From assembly GCF_026210795.1 (NCBI RefSeq), contig NC_089431.1:3472001-3536000 (forward strand): a DNA stretch of 64,000 nucleotides. Reading direction: 5' to 3'. The notes below the pieces were generated by a model. The model did no database searches, was not told the DNA's origin, and saw only the letters and a list, made by a program, of their open reading frames with translations. The position numbers and the translations under genes were made by a program. Positions 52,396 through 64,000 of this stretch are shown piece after piece. Each line of letters starts with the position of its first letter. The stretch's first letter is position 1. The stretch comes from Rhizophagus irregularis (lineage: Eukaryota).

Positions 52396-52530
52396 GATGT
52401 CATTTCACCGACATGAAATTAACCAACACTATTTTGCCGACTTCTAGCTATTTTTATCGATTTGAAAAAATTCCATTTTACCGAAATGTCATTTTATCGA
52501 CATGAAAGTTACCAATTGACCCAACTTGCC
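52396..52530. mobile_element. Single arm of a TTTCACCGAC-rich MULE-like MITE
   Basis: ATTTCACCGACATGAAATTAACC is shared with 60649-60720. Confidence 0.45.
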
Positions 52531-53761
52531 ATTATATTTTAAAAACAATTCTAAAAAGAAAACATATGCTTTTTTTAAAGTCCTACTAATAAATTGGTTA
52601 TCCTTATTTTTTGTCAGCAATTTTTTAAATTTATAAATGATTTAAAAATTCGAGTGTTGTTAAGTATCACCGCTGGTGATTGTCACCTTACCAGAATTAA
52701 GATAGAATTTTGGGCAGATTAAAAATGCCATGAAATTTTGCCCAATAATATTTGCTAATGTTGGTGCGGCGAGATTTAGCAATTTTCAGATATTTCAGAT
52801 ACGAAAATAAAAATATCTATTAGATGAGTCATAGATCATAATTTTTTTTTTGTGCTGGTATATTTTAAATATTTTCAGCATAACAAATGTTCAAAGTATG
52901 GGTAGCCTTGTTATACATGACGACACAGTATCATAGTAACTGCGCCATAAATCACGTGAAGTCAACCCACTATGATCATATTGTTATAGATGTAATGTTA
53001 AGTAACTTCTACAAATAATAACATTCATATAATTTTATGAAATATTATGTCATTTAAATTGTATATTACACAGCGAAGTTAATCTAATAGAAAATTCATT
53101 GAGAGTCATGTGATAGAACGAATCATGAGATGAGATAATTTGGTAACCAATTAATGATGCATATCAACTAATAAATGATACAATGTATATCTAAAATGAT
53201 AATTTTATTCTCGTGTTTCATTTTTTTAATTTTTTTATACCAATAATGAGTCTGACTGACATAAAATGCTTGATTTTTTTCGCATTAAGATGTCAGTCCA
53301 AATCATAATGCTAAATAATATTGGTACTGTTAATGCCGTAACTCCGGCCAAAACTACGATTTATATCAGTTGCATATCATTTAGAGTCATTAGATTGTCC
53401 TATAATAATGACACATAAAATACAGATACGATATTTATGTTGTATTGTACTAATAAAAATCTTTTTTGCCAATTTTTTTGTATAGCCATTATTTGATCGA
53501 TTAATCATGACCGCATGACGACTCTTTATTCAAAATGAATTAATACGTACGGTGTCAAATAGAAATGTGACTTCGTAATAATTATTCATGAGTCGTAATA
53601 TTACGACGCATAAGTTTAAATAGTTGTAATAACTAAAAGCGAGGATAAAAAAAATGGAAATAACCATTTAATAGTGGTCATATACATCTCATGGTGGTTC
53701 ATGTTGGTTGTTCCGATATATATAGGCGCTTGGACTTTTGCATTTTGAAAGCAAGAGCATT

Positions 53762-54962
53762 ATGAAAAACAAAACTGAAAAAAACAAAACTGAAAGCAAG
53801 AGCATTATTAAAAACAAAACTTGCATTAAAGAGCCGACGGTGGACGAAATTAAAAAATATAAAACGAAGGCGCTCATCGACTTCTTGCAGCAGAAGGAGG
53901 ACGACTTGGAACTTGAGGAGGAGGACTTAGAAATTGTTCGCAAGCAAAGGATTAATGGCTGTGACTTTTTAGGGATAACTCAAAGAATGCTTGAAAAATG
54001 GGGTATGTCTGGTGGTCCGGCGGCTAGACTTGCCTACTTTTCCAAGGAATGTAAGGAGAGAAAGTTGCGCTCGTTCTCCTCGTACAAGACCCATAAAGAC
54101 TTGAGTGAGGTGCTTGAGAAATATGGGATCGTTAGCGGTGATATAGCTCGCATTCCACAGTTCATACCACGTAAGTAATCACATGTCATGTTCTTTATTG
54201 AAATATTTTGAACTCACTTATAAAGGATTACAGCTACCCAACCAATCGACGAAAATGCCCCACAATTTGAGCTTTGCATTAACGATATTCTTCGCAGGAT
54301 AAGAAATATGGGACCAGTTATAGATAGTAATGAGGCTATACGTTGTGAGTATATTTCTACAATCTTGCACACGGCAGTAAGTCTTCTCGAGGATTTGATG
54401 ATCACACCTCAGTCAAATATAATCGGTGAAGAGAACACAGGCCGTGTTGATTATGCAATCAAAAAAATTATCAGTGGAATTTTGGAGGAGATAATTTGCA
54501 TAACCGAGGGCAAACCATTTCAGGTGACTTTGGGTGTTTGCCAAAATTTACTGCAGTGTCAAAGTGCGTGTGATGTAAGTATAACAATTTGTTCTACTCC
54601 TTAAGGTTGATCATGGGTATTGCTAACTTGCTTCGCCACCCCAGATGAACATAAAAATGAACAAGAAAAAGCGAAAGGCAAGTGATGCGTTCGATTCCGA
54701 TTACGAATATGTCTATGGTATAGTCAGTACTGGGACTGACTGGTACTTCACTCTTCATAGCACTGAAGGCATCTATAGTACGAGCAGGACTGAATATCGA
54801 ATTCCATTGATGGAAAATACTCTTAAGGACTCAACCGAGTTGCGCAAGAATGTAAAGAGGATTTTGGAGGTTATTGTGGGTTTGTTAATGGATAGGGCAT
54901 CGGTTAGTAGAGAACCTGCAACTAAGAAGCGTCATGTGGAGGAAATAACAAATGTATTATAA
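53762..54962 (+). CDS. Crinkler-like protein: SAM-like N-terminal domain + PD-(D/E)XK restriction-endonuclease-fold domain, 3 exons
   Basis: Introns 54171-54233 and 54575-54644 give an uninterrupted frame. SAM-like LIDFL..KQRINGCDFL..LEKWGMSGGPAARL. REase motifs NEAIRCEYI, GRVDYAI, ITEGK, QNLLQ, YGIVSTGTDWYF. NLS-like KKKRK. Confidence 0.85.
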
Positions 54963-56361
54963 TAAATGTATATTTTTTAAAATAGAAATTGATTTATTGA
55001 TATAATAATAGATGAATCTCGCCTAACTGATGATAATATGTTTGGATTGGTACACTCAATTCCAACCTCTAGCACATATTATTGTGAGTCTTTTTAAGAC
55101 GATAAAAAATGGATAATTAAATTTGTACATATTTTTATAATTATTTGTTTTAATTAAAAATAATATTATGAAGGGATTATTTTACATGGACTTTAAATTA
55201 GAAAATTTTAAATGATATAAATGATATTAGAATCTCAAAGGAAATAATATGCAGCTTCTTCTAAAGAACTTTATTTTTTTAATCTTTATAACAGATGTGT
55301 ATACTAACTTGTTTTTATATAGGTTATAGAATTTTGAACAGTAAGTTGGTTTAATTATGTAATTTTGAAATAACTGAAATTTTAAGAAGTTTTTATTATC
55401 CACAAGAGATAATTACCTCATATAATTTTTCAGAATTAACATGAGCACATCTGAAAGCTACTCTGATTGAAATGGTAAGTCTTGTAAACTGTATTTTTTT
55501 ATGATTAAAAGGTTCAAATTTACCGTCTATTAAAATAATAAGTTCATACAAACCTTTTACTTTGCTTTTAGACGTAATCTCATTATAATTGTTTAAAAAC
55601 TTTTATTATTAAATAATAAATATTAAATATTTGAAATTGACACTTTAATATTTGTGCAAATTTTCTTAGTACAGATTATTTTATTTTGCAATATTTTAAA
55701 ATATTCAATCATATAATTAAAATGAATAATTTTTTAAACTGCTTTAGTTTATTATTTTCTATTACTTTGTATAGTTGTATAAGGATTTTAAATTAATGGG
55801 AATATATAACAATCACGTATGATATGGTTTTTTGTATAGCTTGTATGGTTTTTTGCGCAGCAGTAAGATTAAAAAAGTACTAGTATAGTGATTTTAAATA
55901 AAAGATTTTTTTTTTCACTTTTCTAGATCAAAATCTTTTTTATTATATATATATTTTCATTTCATTTCATTTCATTTTTTTTTTTTTGAACCGAAAGTTT
56001 TTTTTTGATATTTTTTTCAGTGTTTTAAAACCGAAAATTTTAACATTTTTAGTTTTTTAAACCAGAATTTTTTAATCCTTTTTTTATTTATTTTGTCTTT
56101 TAGGCTTGGATCAGTGAGCTATTATTCTGATTTTTAATTTTTATAATATTTTTTTCTTCCTATTTTTTTTTTGCTCTTTCACCTGGATTAAAGTTCAGAT
56201 AATCGAAATAAATTTTTTTATTTTTTTTTATTTGAATAAATATGTTTATATGATAATAAATAGATTTTTTTACTTTGTAGTAAAAATGAAAAGACATATC
56301 CAGCCAAAAAAAAAAATAAAATTATAAATGTTAAATTATATGAAATCAGCAAATAATTTTA

Positions 56362-56800
56362 TAAAAAAGTAAATTGTAACAGGTATCGATTAATTATAAT
56401 ATAACGTGGCATAGAACTTGAAAAATTATCTATAAACGTTAAAAACAATTGGAAATTGGAAAATTATCAAGGAATAAGTAAAGATAAAAAGAAAGCATTT
56501 GTATGGTATTAAATTGAAAAATAATGATATACATACAGTAAGTATTTGAAATCGGCCGTCGCAAGGATGTGTTAATAATGACAATTTATTTAGGTTAATA
56601 ATATAATGCAATAAAAATAGATAGAGTTATAAAATATTATTTGAATGATACTTGAAATAAAGGCAACCGAAAGTGGATTATGGAGCATGATATGGTATAT
56701 AAAAATAATGATAAAGCTGGTACTAAAAAGTTTTAGATAATTAAATTTAATACGGAAGCAAAAAAAAACATATAATATGAATTTAAGCATATAAGCGTTA
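56362..56800 (+). pseudogene. Second Sel1-repeat gene relic
   Basis: DKKKAFVWY and LKSAVAR-type remnants. DNA duplicate of 52100-52260. Confidence 0.45.
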
Positions 56801-57143
56801 TAAATATTTCATATTTAGAGACAATTCTATATTAACAAATTTATTAATTTTACCTGTTGTTTACGCTAGTATTTTGGACGAAAATGTTTCGGATTTTGAA
56901 ACATAATTTCGCCCTAAACTTTTAGTTTACGCATCAAAAAACGTGACAAAATTGCATAAATTCGAGATCATCACAAATATAGCCAATCAAAATTGGCACA
57001 CTTTAGTGTAACAAATAAAAAAAAGGAAAAAAATAATGACGTGAGAGCACTAATGAATGCAATAAGTTAATAAGTTATTATTCTTTATGTTAAATAATAA
57101 CAGTTAAATGAAAATATGAATTTTTTGAAGAATTTTTCTAACT

Positions 57144-57245
57144 ATCACTGGGGGTGATGATCACCGGTGACTGAAATTATGACAATCAAAAAAATATAGT
57201 GCCGGTAAAAATTGATAATTCTGGTGATGATCACCCCCGGTGATT
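57144..57245. repeat. Short inverted repeat (MITE-like)
   Basis: ATCACTGGGGGTGATGATCACCGG / CTGGTGATGATCACCCCCGGTGAT arms with a ~55-bp spacer. Confidence 0.65.
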
Positions 57246-58190
57246 TGAAGTAAAAAACTTTTTTGAATACTAGTACTATTTATACATTTACTTTTAATAT
57301 CTGGTCTAACAAAAAAAAATAAATCATAAATTCCCAAGTAGAAAATTTTTTTAAAAAAATAAAAAAAATTAAATCTTTTTACAAAATTGTCATTATAATC
57401 TATAACTATAACACCAAGAAATAAAGGTGACCTTAGAAATATATTACTTATTATATAAATAAGTATAATATAAAATAGACTATAATATCCAGAAATCTTA
57501 ATTGTTTTAAAAAATTATATAGTGCAGAGCTGCTGTTAGAATATTTATCAATGTTGTTATTATGTTGTAAAGTATTAACTTCGAAATAACACCTGTTAAT
57601 AACCAATAGGACGATTCCCCTACAATCCCCCAACTATATTGCTTTGTTAAGAAAGTGTGTTCCTCTCATCCTCCTATTTGCCGATTAAATTATATTTTTA
57701 TTTGGTGCACAAAATTTTCCTAGTCATTACTTTGTACCAATGAAATAAGTCCAATTAGTCCATATGTTTGTGTTACTAAAGTTGTACACCGATTCTAAAT
57801 TTACCAAAAAATTTTTTACTTTACGTTGCAAATCAACAATCATGCACCAATGAAACTATGCACCAAATTATCCTACATATGTATATGGCTTTTCCTAACT
57901 GGTCGAACCACAACATAATTTCTTGTTGGAATTCTTGCCAAAAAAATTATTTTCTAGATACAGTTTTCAAGTTAGTTATTTAATATTTCCAGATAGAAAC
58001 TTCTACGTATAGAATCTTTAGAATAATCCAGGAGATTTTGTTTATTAAAGTTTGTTACACTATTTTTACTATTAAAAATATATATAAACATTGGATAATT
58101 TACTTAACTTACTCAGATTAAATCGATTTTTCATATTAATCAGCAAAATACTGTATATACGTAAAATTGACCTTTTAAATATCAGAAAAT

Positions 58191-60086
58191 ATGTTTTTAA
58201 ATCATCCAACACAAACCATAGTTAATAAAAGAAAGAGAAAATGTGATGAGTGTAAGAAAATAAGAAATATATATGAAAATCGTCAGACTTGTCAAATGTG
58301 TTATAATATAACAACATTAGTTAAGCCTAAGTCAAGTGGAAACAAAGTTATCGATGATTTTATTACACATACACAGAGAAATTATATTAGAAGTGACGGG
58401 AAATTGGAGTTTGTTCCTCATGATCGATTCAAAGATATAGAATTTATTGCTGAAGGAGGATTTAGTAAAATTTATAAAGCTACTTGGGTTGATGGCCCAA
58501 TTAATTGGCACGGTATTGAACGAGAAAATTGGAGTTTTTTTCGTCTCAAATATAATAATACAGTTGTTCTCAAAAACCTTAATAATTCTAAAAACATTAC
58601 ACCAAAGGAACTGAATGAGGTATAGTATATTCAATATTTTTTTAATCTTCAATGTAACGATGATGGTAGATTAATGATTTTTTATTTAGCTCAAGTTATT
58701 TTATCGGATTTTTTCAAATAGAAAAATTAATGCTTCTTACGTCAGTACTTATTTAGGATTAACACAAGATCCCATTACCAAAGATATTATGATTATTATG
58801 CCATATTATAATAGAGGCGACTTGATACGTTTTTTAAGTAATAACTTTTATAATCTTGATTGGAATTATAAATTGTTAAAATTGAGTACTATATTACTTG
58901 GTCTTCAGAGTATCCATAGTGCACATATTATACACAGAGATTTACATAGTGGAAATATCTTTTTTGATAATATTTTTATATATGTAGGTGATCTGGGAAT
59001 AAGTAAATCTGCAACTGAATCTACAGATTCTATAGAGAATTATGGTATTATTCCTTATATGGCACCAGAGATTTTTCAAGGACAAAAATATACTGAAGCT
59101 TCAGATATATATAGTTTTGGTATGATTATGTGGGAATTTATGACAGGTAGAAGACCTTTTTGGAATAGAGTTCATGATGCAGAACTTATAATTGAAATAT
59201 GTGATGGTTTAAGGCCACCAATTGTTACAAATGCGCCCGAAGGATATATTGAATTAATGAAAGACTGTTGGAATTCAGATCCTAATAAAAGACCAGAAGC
59301 GACTGATATATATAATAGAATTAATAGAATAAACGGTTATAATTGTGAAATTAAGAAATCATCAGAAATTGGACCTGTAACAACAAATAATCCAGGTGCA
59401 ATTTATAAGAGTAGGCCTTTAAGTGATATGATTCAATCTGCAATGTCTACAAGAAGTTTAAGAAGCCAGTTTATAACTGCGGAAGTTGGTAATACAATGT
59501 TAATATTTTTACTTGATAAAACTATAGTTACAATACTGTACTCCACTATTATTTGTTATTATCTACTAGCTTTATTTCATGTTATTAAAGAGGCAATGCA
59601 TCTTTTAATGGCAAAAGTAATTATTTTAATATGATTTTAAATAATTAATATATTTTATATTCTTTTAAAGGTATAAAAAGAAAATTTGAAGATAATCAAA
59701 CTAAAACCCGTTTTGATGAAGGTACGATAAAAAATCGAAAAATTATATGTATAAGTACAAAATGAATTTAATGTTTACTAAATTAAATTGACATATTTTC
59801 AGAAAAAATTAATAAAAAGATTAGGTTAATTGAAAATGAAAGTAATGGTAATACTTTTTGTATCTTTATTAAAAAAAGTATTATTAATTCTTAATTAAAA
59901 TTATTTATTTTCGTTTATTTAGTTTATATTAAGCAAGAATTTGAATTGGATATCGATATAAATTCTATTGATGATGAAAGTAAGTAAATATTAGATTATA
60001 TTTTTATGAATATTTTATTATTTTAACCTAATTTTTTAATTTAAAATATAGGATATATTTCGCAAGAAATTGATTTTGATATCTGA
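58191..60086 (+). CDS. TKL protein kinase with N-terminal CxxC..CxxC module, multi-exon
   Basis: Full kinase motifs. Intron 58620-58689. Short 3' exons GIKRKFEDNQ.., KKIRLIENE.., KQEFELDID.., ending QEIDFDI*. Confidence 0.9.
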
Positions 60087-60338
60087 ATATTGACATCAAA
60101 ATTCTTAAAGCCTATATATAGGTCCTCATTTATCCTTACATTTCATATACGGTAACATTTAGTATTATGATTTTGTTTTTATAAATTTTTTTTATAAATA
60201 AGGTATAAAATATTTTAATTTCAATATAAATTATACCATCCATTACACTTTATTTAAATTTCCTATATCGATTCATATTTTAATTTATTTATTTTTATTT
60301 ATTTATTAAATTTTAATAAATTAATATCATATAATTTG

Positions 60339-60496
60339 TTTATTGTCCGGAGCGAAGCGAAGGACAATATATGTTTACGCACTATGAAAAAAAATCGATC
60401 ACGTGAGTTTCTCTGTCCGCCACGTGATCGTCACCCAATGAATCGGCAAATTTTAGTTTTTCGTTCCGGACTTACAACGGTTCCCGTTTCCTAGTT
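60339..60496 (+). mobile_element. Non-autonomous Helentron/Helitron2-like element
   Basis: T-rich start, hairpin ATTGTCC-GGAGCGAAGCGAA-GGACAAT, end CCGTTTCCTAGTT. Related pieces at 33461 and 50550. Confidence 0.55.
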
Positions 60497-60644
60497 ATAA
60501 TTACAATCATTTCATAATTTAAACTAAATTTCAACCATAATTTACAAAAATATTAAGAAATAATTCCAAGTAACAGGAGTCCTGAACTGATAAAAAAATA
60601 AAAATTGACGAAAAATAATTTTTATTGATTAATAGTATCTAAAT

Positions 60645-61142
60645 TCAGATTTCACCGACATGAAATTAACCGACACCATTTTGTCGACTTTCATTTTACC
60701 GACATGGAAATTACCGAAATTATTTAAATAAATTCATCAGTTAGCTGCGCCTCGCTCGTCATAATTTAAAAAAATTATAGGCTTTGTTTACTTTTAAATT
60801 ACAACAATAAAATTATAAAAAAAAAGAAAATCGAAACGTTAGTAAAACGTTTCGCTAATGAAATAAATTAAAATATATATATATTTTTTTTCGGAAGCCC
60901 TTACCGAAACAATACGCGTCCAAGCTGGATAAATAAATTCCAATTTTTTAATAGTTAAAAAAAAATCTTAGTATAAATCTGATTTCACATGATAAAATAA
61001 ATATTATTCACTGAAAACCTTTTGCTTTTTGTTGATTAGTAAAAATAATTAAAAATAAATAGGATACTTTTAAAGAAAAACTCCATGATCGTGTCGATAC
61101 TATGTTGATCATATCAGCAAAATGGCTATCAGTGAAATGTGT
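60645..61142. mobile_element. Degenerate MULE-like MITE (TTTCACCGAC family)
   Basis: Left arm matches 52396-52530. Decayed right arm TCAGCAAAATG..TCAGTGAAATG. Confidence 0.4.
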
Positions 61143-61176
61143 ATAACAAGTGTTAGTAAAATAGAAAAATACTTTT

Positions 61177-61338
61177 AAAAATATATGTAAAAATTATATT
61201 GATATGAAACTAATAGCTAATAAAAACGCCCTGCCACTACCAAAACCATAAAAAAAAATATATGTAAAAATTATATTGATATGAAACTAATAGCTAATAA
61301 AAACGCCTTGCCACTACCAAAACCATAAAAAAAAATAT
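61177..61338. repeat. 77-bp tandem duplication
   Basis: ATATATGTAAAAATTATATTGATATGAAAC... at 61181 and 61258, nearly identical. Confidence 0.9.
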
Positions 61339-61883
61339 AAAGTAAATTCATCATTATCATGCACACTCGAAACCTTCGAAAGTCGAAACAACTTAAAACA
61401 AAGAATTACTGTTTTCCTGTAAAATATCTTCTGAATTGCTTAAAGTAAAGTTGTAAAGGAAAGTGCAAAAAAAATCATAGCTAAAGAAAATGGAAAAGAA
61501 TCAGAATTTTTAAAAACGGAGAAATAAAGTAAAGATATTATATGATGATTATAAAATAGCACAATTTTATCTCTTTTTTTTGTTTATTAAATTTCTATTT
61601 TAAAAAGTAATGCTATTAATTAAACTTTACCCCTTTCCTTTACCACTTTACGTTAATTATCTCTGATGATCAACGTGAATAAAAAAACTCACATGATGAT
61701 CGCTATTAACTTGTGCCGCGCTCCGACCGCTCCGTGAAAATTACTCATTGTGCAACATTATCAATTAATCATTTCCTTAATAGTTTATGAAAAGTGTAAC
61801 AAATAATATATTACTTTTACAACCACTCATAATTATGAGTAATACTCTAACCTATTCACGACCTTTCTTCAATAAAAAGGAAA

Positions 61884-64000
61884 ATGATTATATATTCAGA
61901 AAATGATGAAATTTTTTTAAAAGAATTTTTAAAAGAATTTTATCGTCAAATTATAAAAATAGAAAATTATGCAAATTTTGAAAATATTTTAAAAGAATGG
62001 ATAAAAGAATTTTTTGATGATAATAATAAAGATTTATATTATTTTTTAAAAATAATGGAATATCATGATGAGAATGAAAATTGGTTTTCAAGTTTAATAG
62101 GATTTTTTTATGAACATGGTATAGGTACTAATGATAATATTATTAATAAAGATAAATCTTTAGAATTATATTTATTATCAATTAATAATAATAATGATAA
62201 TAATAATCAAAAATCATTTTTTTCTATTTATCAATTAATTAATATTATCATTTCAAAATTTTTATTATCATTTTATTATTATAAATTTATTATTTTAGAT
62301 AAAAGAGATTATATTACAAATGATTTTTTATGTTCTGATAATGTACATGTAATGTCACATAATCAATTTGAAAATTTTAATAATTTATTATTAATGATTA
62401 ATTTAAGTAAAGATGAATTAAATGCTATGGAAAATTATTTTAATTCAAAAGATGCTAATAATGAAGAAAATCAATTAAATATTATTAAAAAGAAAGAATT
62501 AATAGAATTGAATAATTTAGGTTATTGTTATCAATTTGGAATAGGAAAAAAGAAAGATGATAAAAAAGCATTTGAATTTTATTTAAAATCTGCAGAAGGA
62601 GGAAATTCTAGTGCAAAAAATAATTTAGGTTATTGTTATAAAAATGGTATTGGAATAATAAAAGATGAAAAGAAAGCATTTGATTTATATTTAAAAGCAG
62701 CTAATGATGGAGATTTATATGCTCAGTATAATTTAGGTGATTCTTACAAAAATGGAATAGGAATAAATAAAGATGATAAAAAAGCATTTGAATGGTTTTA
62801 TAAATCTGCTAAAAATGGATATTTATGTGCTCAATATAGATTAGGTAATTATTATCAAAATGGAATTGGAACATCTAAAGATGAAAATAAAGCATTTGAA
62901 TTATATATGATGGCTGCTAAAGGAGGAATTATAGATGCAGAAATGATTTTGGGTAATTATTATAAGAATGGAACTGGAACTCCTAAAGATGAAAATAAAT
63001 CATTTGATTGGTATATGAAATCTGCTAAAAAAGGAAATGCAAAAGCACAATCTAATGTAGGTTATTGTTATCAAAATGGAATTGGAATAGAAAAAAATGT
63101 TGAAAAATCTATTTATTGGTATAGGAAAGCAGAAGAAAGTGAATGTGAAATAGCACAATATTATTTAGGTTATTGTTATAAACATGGAGTAGGAGTTAAA
63201 AAAAATAAAGTTAAAGCATATGAATATTTTAAAAAATCAGTTGAAAAAGAATATTTAGATGCTCAATTTGAACTTGGATATTGTTATGATAAAGGATTCG
63301 GAATTGGTGTTAATAAAACAAAAGCATGTGAATTATATAAACTAGCAGCTGAGAGAGATCATATTGTTGCACAATGCAATATTGGAATTTTATGTGAACA
63401 TTTTAATAAAGAATTAGATCAAGCTATTTATTGGTATAGTAAAGCAGCAGAAAATGGTGATAAAATAGCACAATATAATTTAGGTGAATGTTACTTTTTT
63501 GCTAAAGGTGTAAAAAAGGATGAAACAAAAGCTTTTAATTATTATGAAAAATCAGCCAATCAAGGATTTTTAAATGCTCAAGTTCAACTTGGTTATTTAT
63601 ATAGTAATGGTCAAGGAACAGTAAAGGATTTAGAGAAAGCTGTTTACTGGCATAGAATAGCTGCAGATAATGGTGATAAAATGGCACAATATAATTTAGC
63701 CCAGTGCTATCTTTCTGCAAAAGGTGTAGAAAAAGATGAAACTAAAGCTCTTGAATATTATAAAAAATCAGCTAATCAAAATAATCTAGATGCTCAAATT
63801 CAACTCGGTTATTTATATTATAGTGGTCATGGAACAAAAAAAGATTTAAAGGAAGCTGTTTATTGGTATCATAAAGCAGCAGAAAATGGTGATGAACTTG
63901 CGCAATATAACATAGGCGAATGTTATGAATTAGGAAATGGTGTAACAAAAGATGAAGTTAAAGCATTCAAATATTATAAGAAATCAGCTGAAAATGGATA
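61884..64000 (+). CDS. Sel1-like repeat (HCP-like) protein, 3'-incomplete
   Basis: Open frame from ATG 61884 (MIIYSENDEIFLKEF...) to the window end; absent from the ORF track because it has no stop. About 13-14 36-aa repeats AQYNLGxCYxxGxGxxKDxxKAFxWYxKxAxxG. Confidence 0.93.
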   Translation, partial: MIIYSENDEIFLKEFLKEFYRQIIKIENYANFENILKEWIKEFFDDNNKDLYYFLKIMEYHDENENWFSSLIGFFYEHGIGTNDNIINKDKSLELYLLSINNNNDNNNQKSFFSIYQLINIIISKFLLSFYYYKFIILDKRDYITNDFLCSDNVHVMSHNQFENFNNLLLMINLSKDELNAMENYFNSKDANNEENQLNIIKKKELIELNNLGYCYQFGIGKKKDDKKAFEFYLKSAEGGNSSAKNNLGYCYKNGIGIIKDEKKAFDLYLKAANDGDLYAQYNLGDSYKNGIGINKDDKKAFEWFYKSAKNGYLCAQYRLGNYYQNGIGTSKDENKAFELYMMAAKGGIIDAEMILGNYYKNGTGTPKDENKSFDWYMKSAKKGNAKAQSNVGYCYQNGIGIEKNVEKSIYWYRKAEESECEIAQYYLGYCYKHGVGVKKNKVKAYEYFKKSVEKEYLDAQFELGYCYDKGFGIGVNKTKACELYKLAAERDHIVAQCNIGILCEHFNKELDQAIYWYSKAAENGDKIAQYNLGECYFFAKGVKKDETKAFNYYEKSANQGFLNAQVQLGYLYSNGQGTVKDLEKAVYWHRIAADNGDKMAQYNLAQCYLSAKGVEKDETKALEYYKKSANQNNLDAQIQLGYLYYSGHGTKKDLKEAVYWYHKAAENGDELAQYNIGECYELGNGVTKDEVKAFKYYKKSAENG

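Noticed and set aside
57700..57875. TGCACCAA-rich MITE remnant
   Set aside because: Only one recognisable arm and no TSD.
3458..58652. Antisense and alternate-frame ORFs over kinase, Kelch and transposase exons (e.g. 3458-3661, 16766-17083, 28093-28281, 44161-44481, 58332-58652)
   Set aside because: Shadows of real genes; they recur only because the host genes are paralogous.
61835..61906. Alternative start for the Sel1 gene
   Set aside because: This ATG is out of frame and stops after 23 codons; the open frame starts at 61884.
1..64000. tRNA or rRNA genes, or bacterial/endosymbiont DNA
   Set aside because: No cloverleaf, rRNA-like or operon-like segments were seen; most genes carry spliceosomal introns.

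Overview
Very AT-rich, intron-containing eukaryotic DNA. The gene families point to an arbuscular mycorrhizal fungus (Glomeromycotina, Rhizophagus-like); this is inferred, not searched. Genes: three paralogous tyrosine-kinase-like kinases with micro-exon C-termini, an RNI-like/LRR pseudogene, a tandem array of five signal-peptide/Kelch/TM genes (one decayed), an intact SAM + PD-(D/E)XK Crinkler-like gene, a long Sel1-repeat gene running off the right edge, and BTB and Sel1 relics. Intergenic DNA is packed with non-autonomous transposons, many with identifiable TIRs and TSDs: a triple-nested hAT>CACTA>TA-flanked stack, MULE-type MITEs, Helitron/Helentron pieces, a probable solo LTR and a 319-bp tandem array. 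The most striking object is a decayed ~4.9-kb P-element-superfamily transposase gene (41909-46832, minus) inside the Kelch array. It has two Tudor/Agenet-like repeats inserted in its catalytic core, a RAMA-like N-terminus instead of THAP, and a SAP/HeH-like tail, making it a candidate chromatin-reading P transposon. All domain calls were made by eye and need HMM or structure confirmation.
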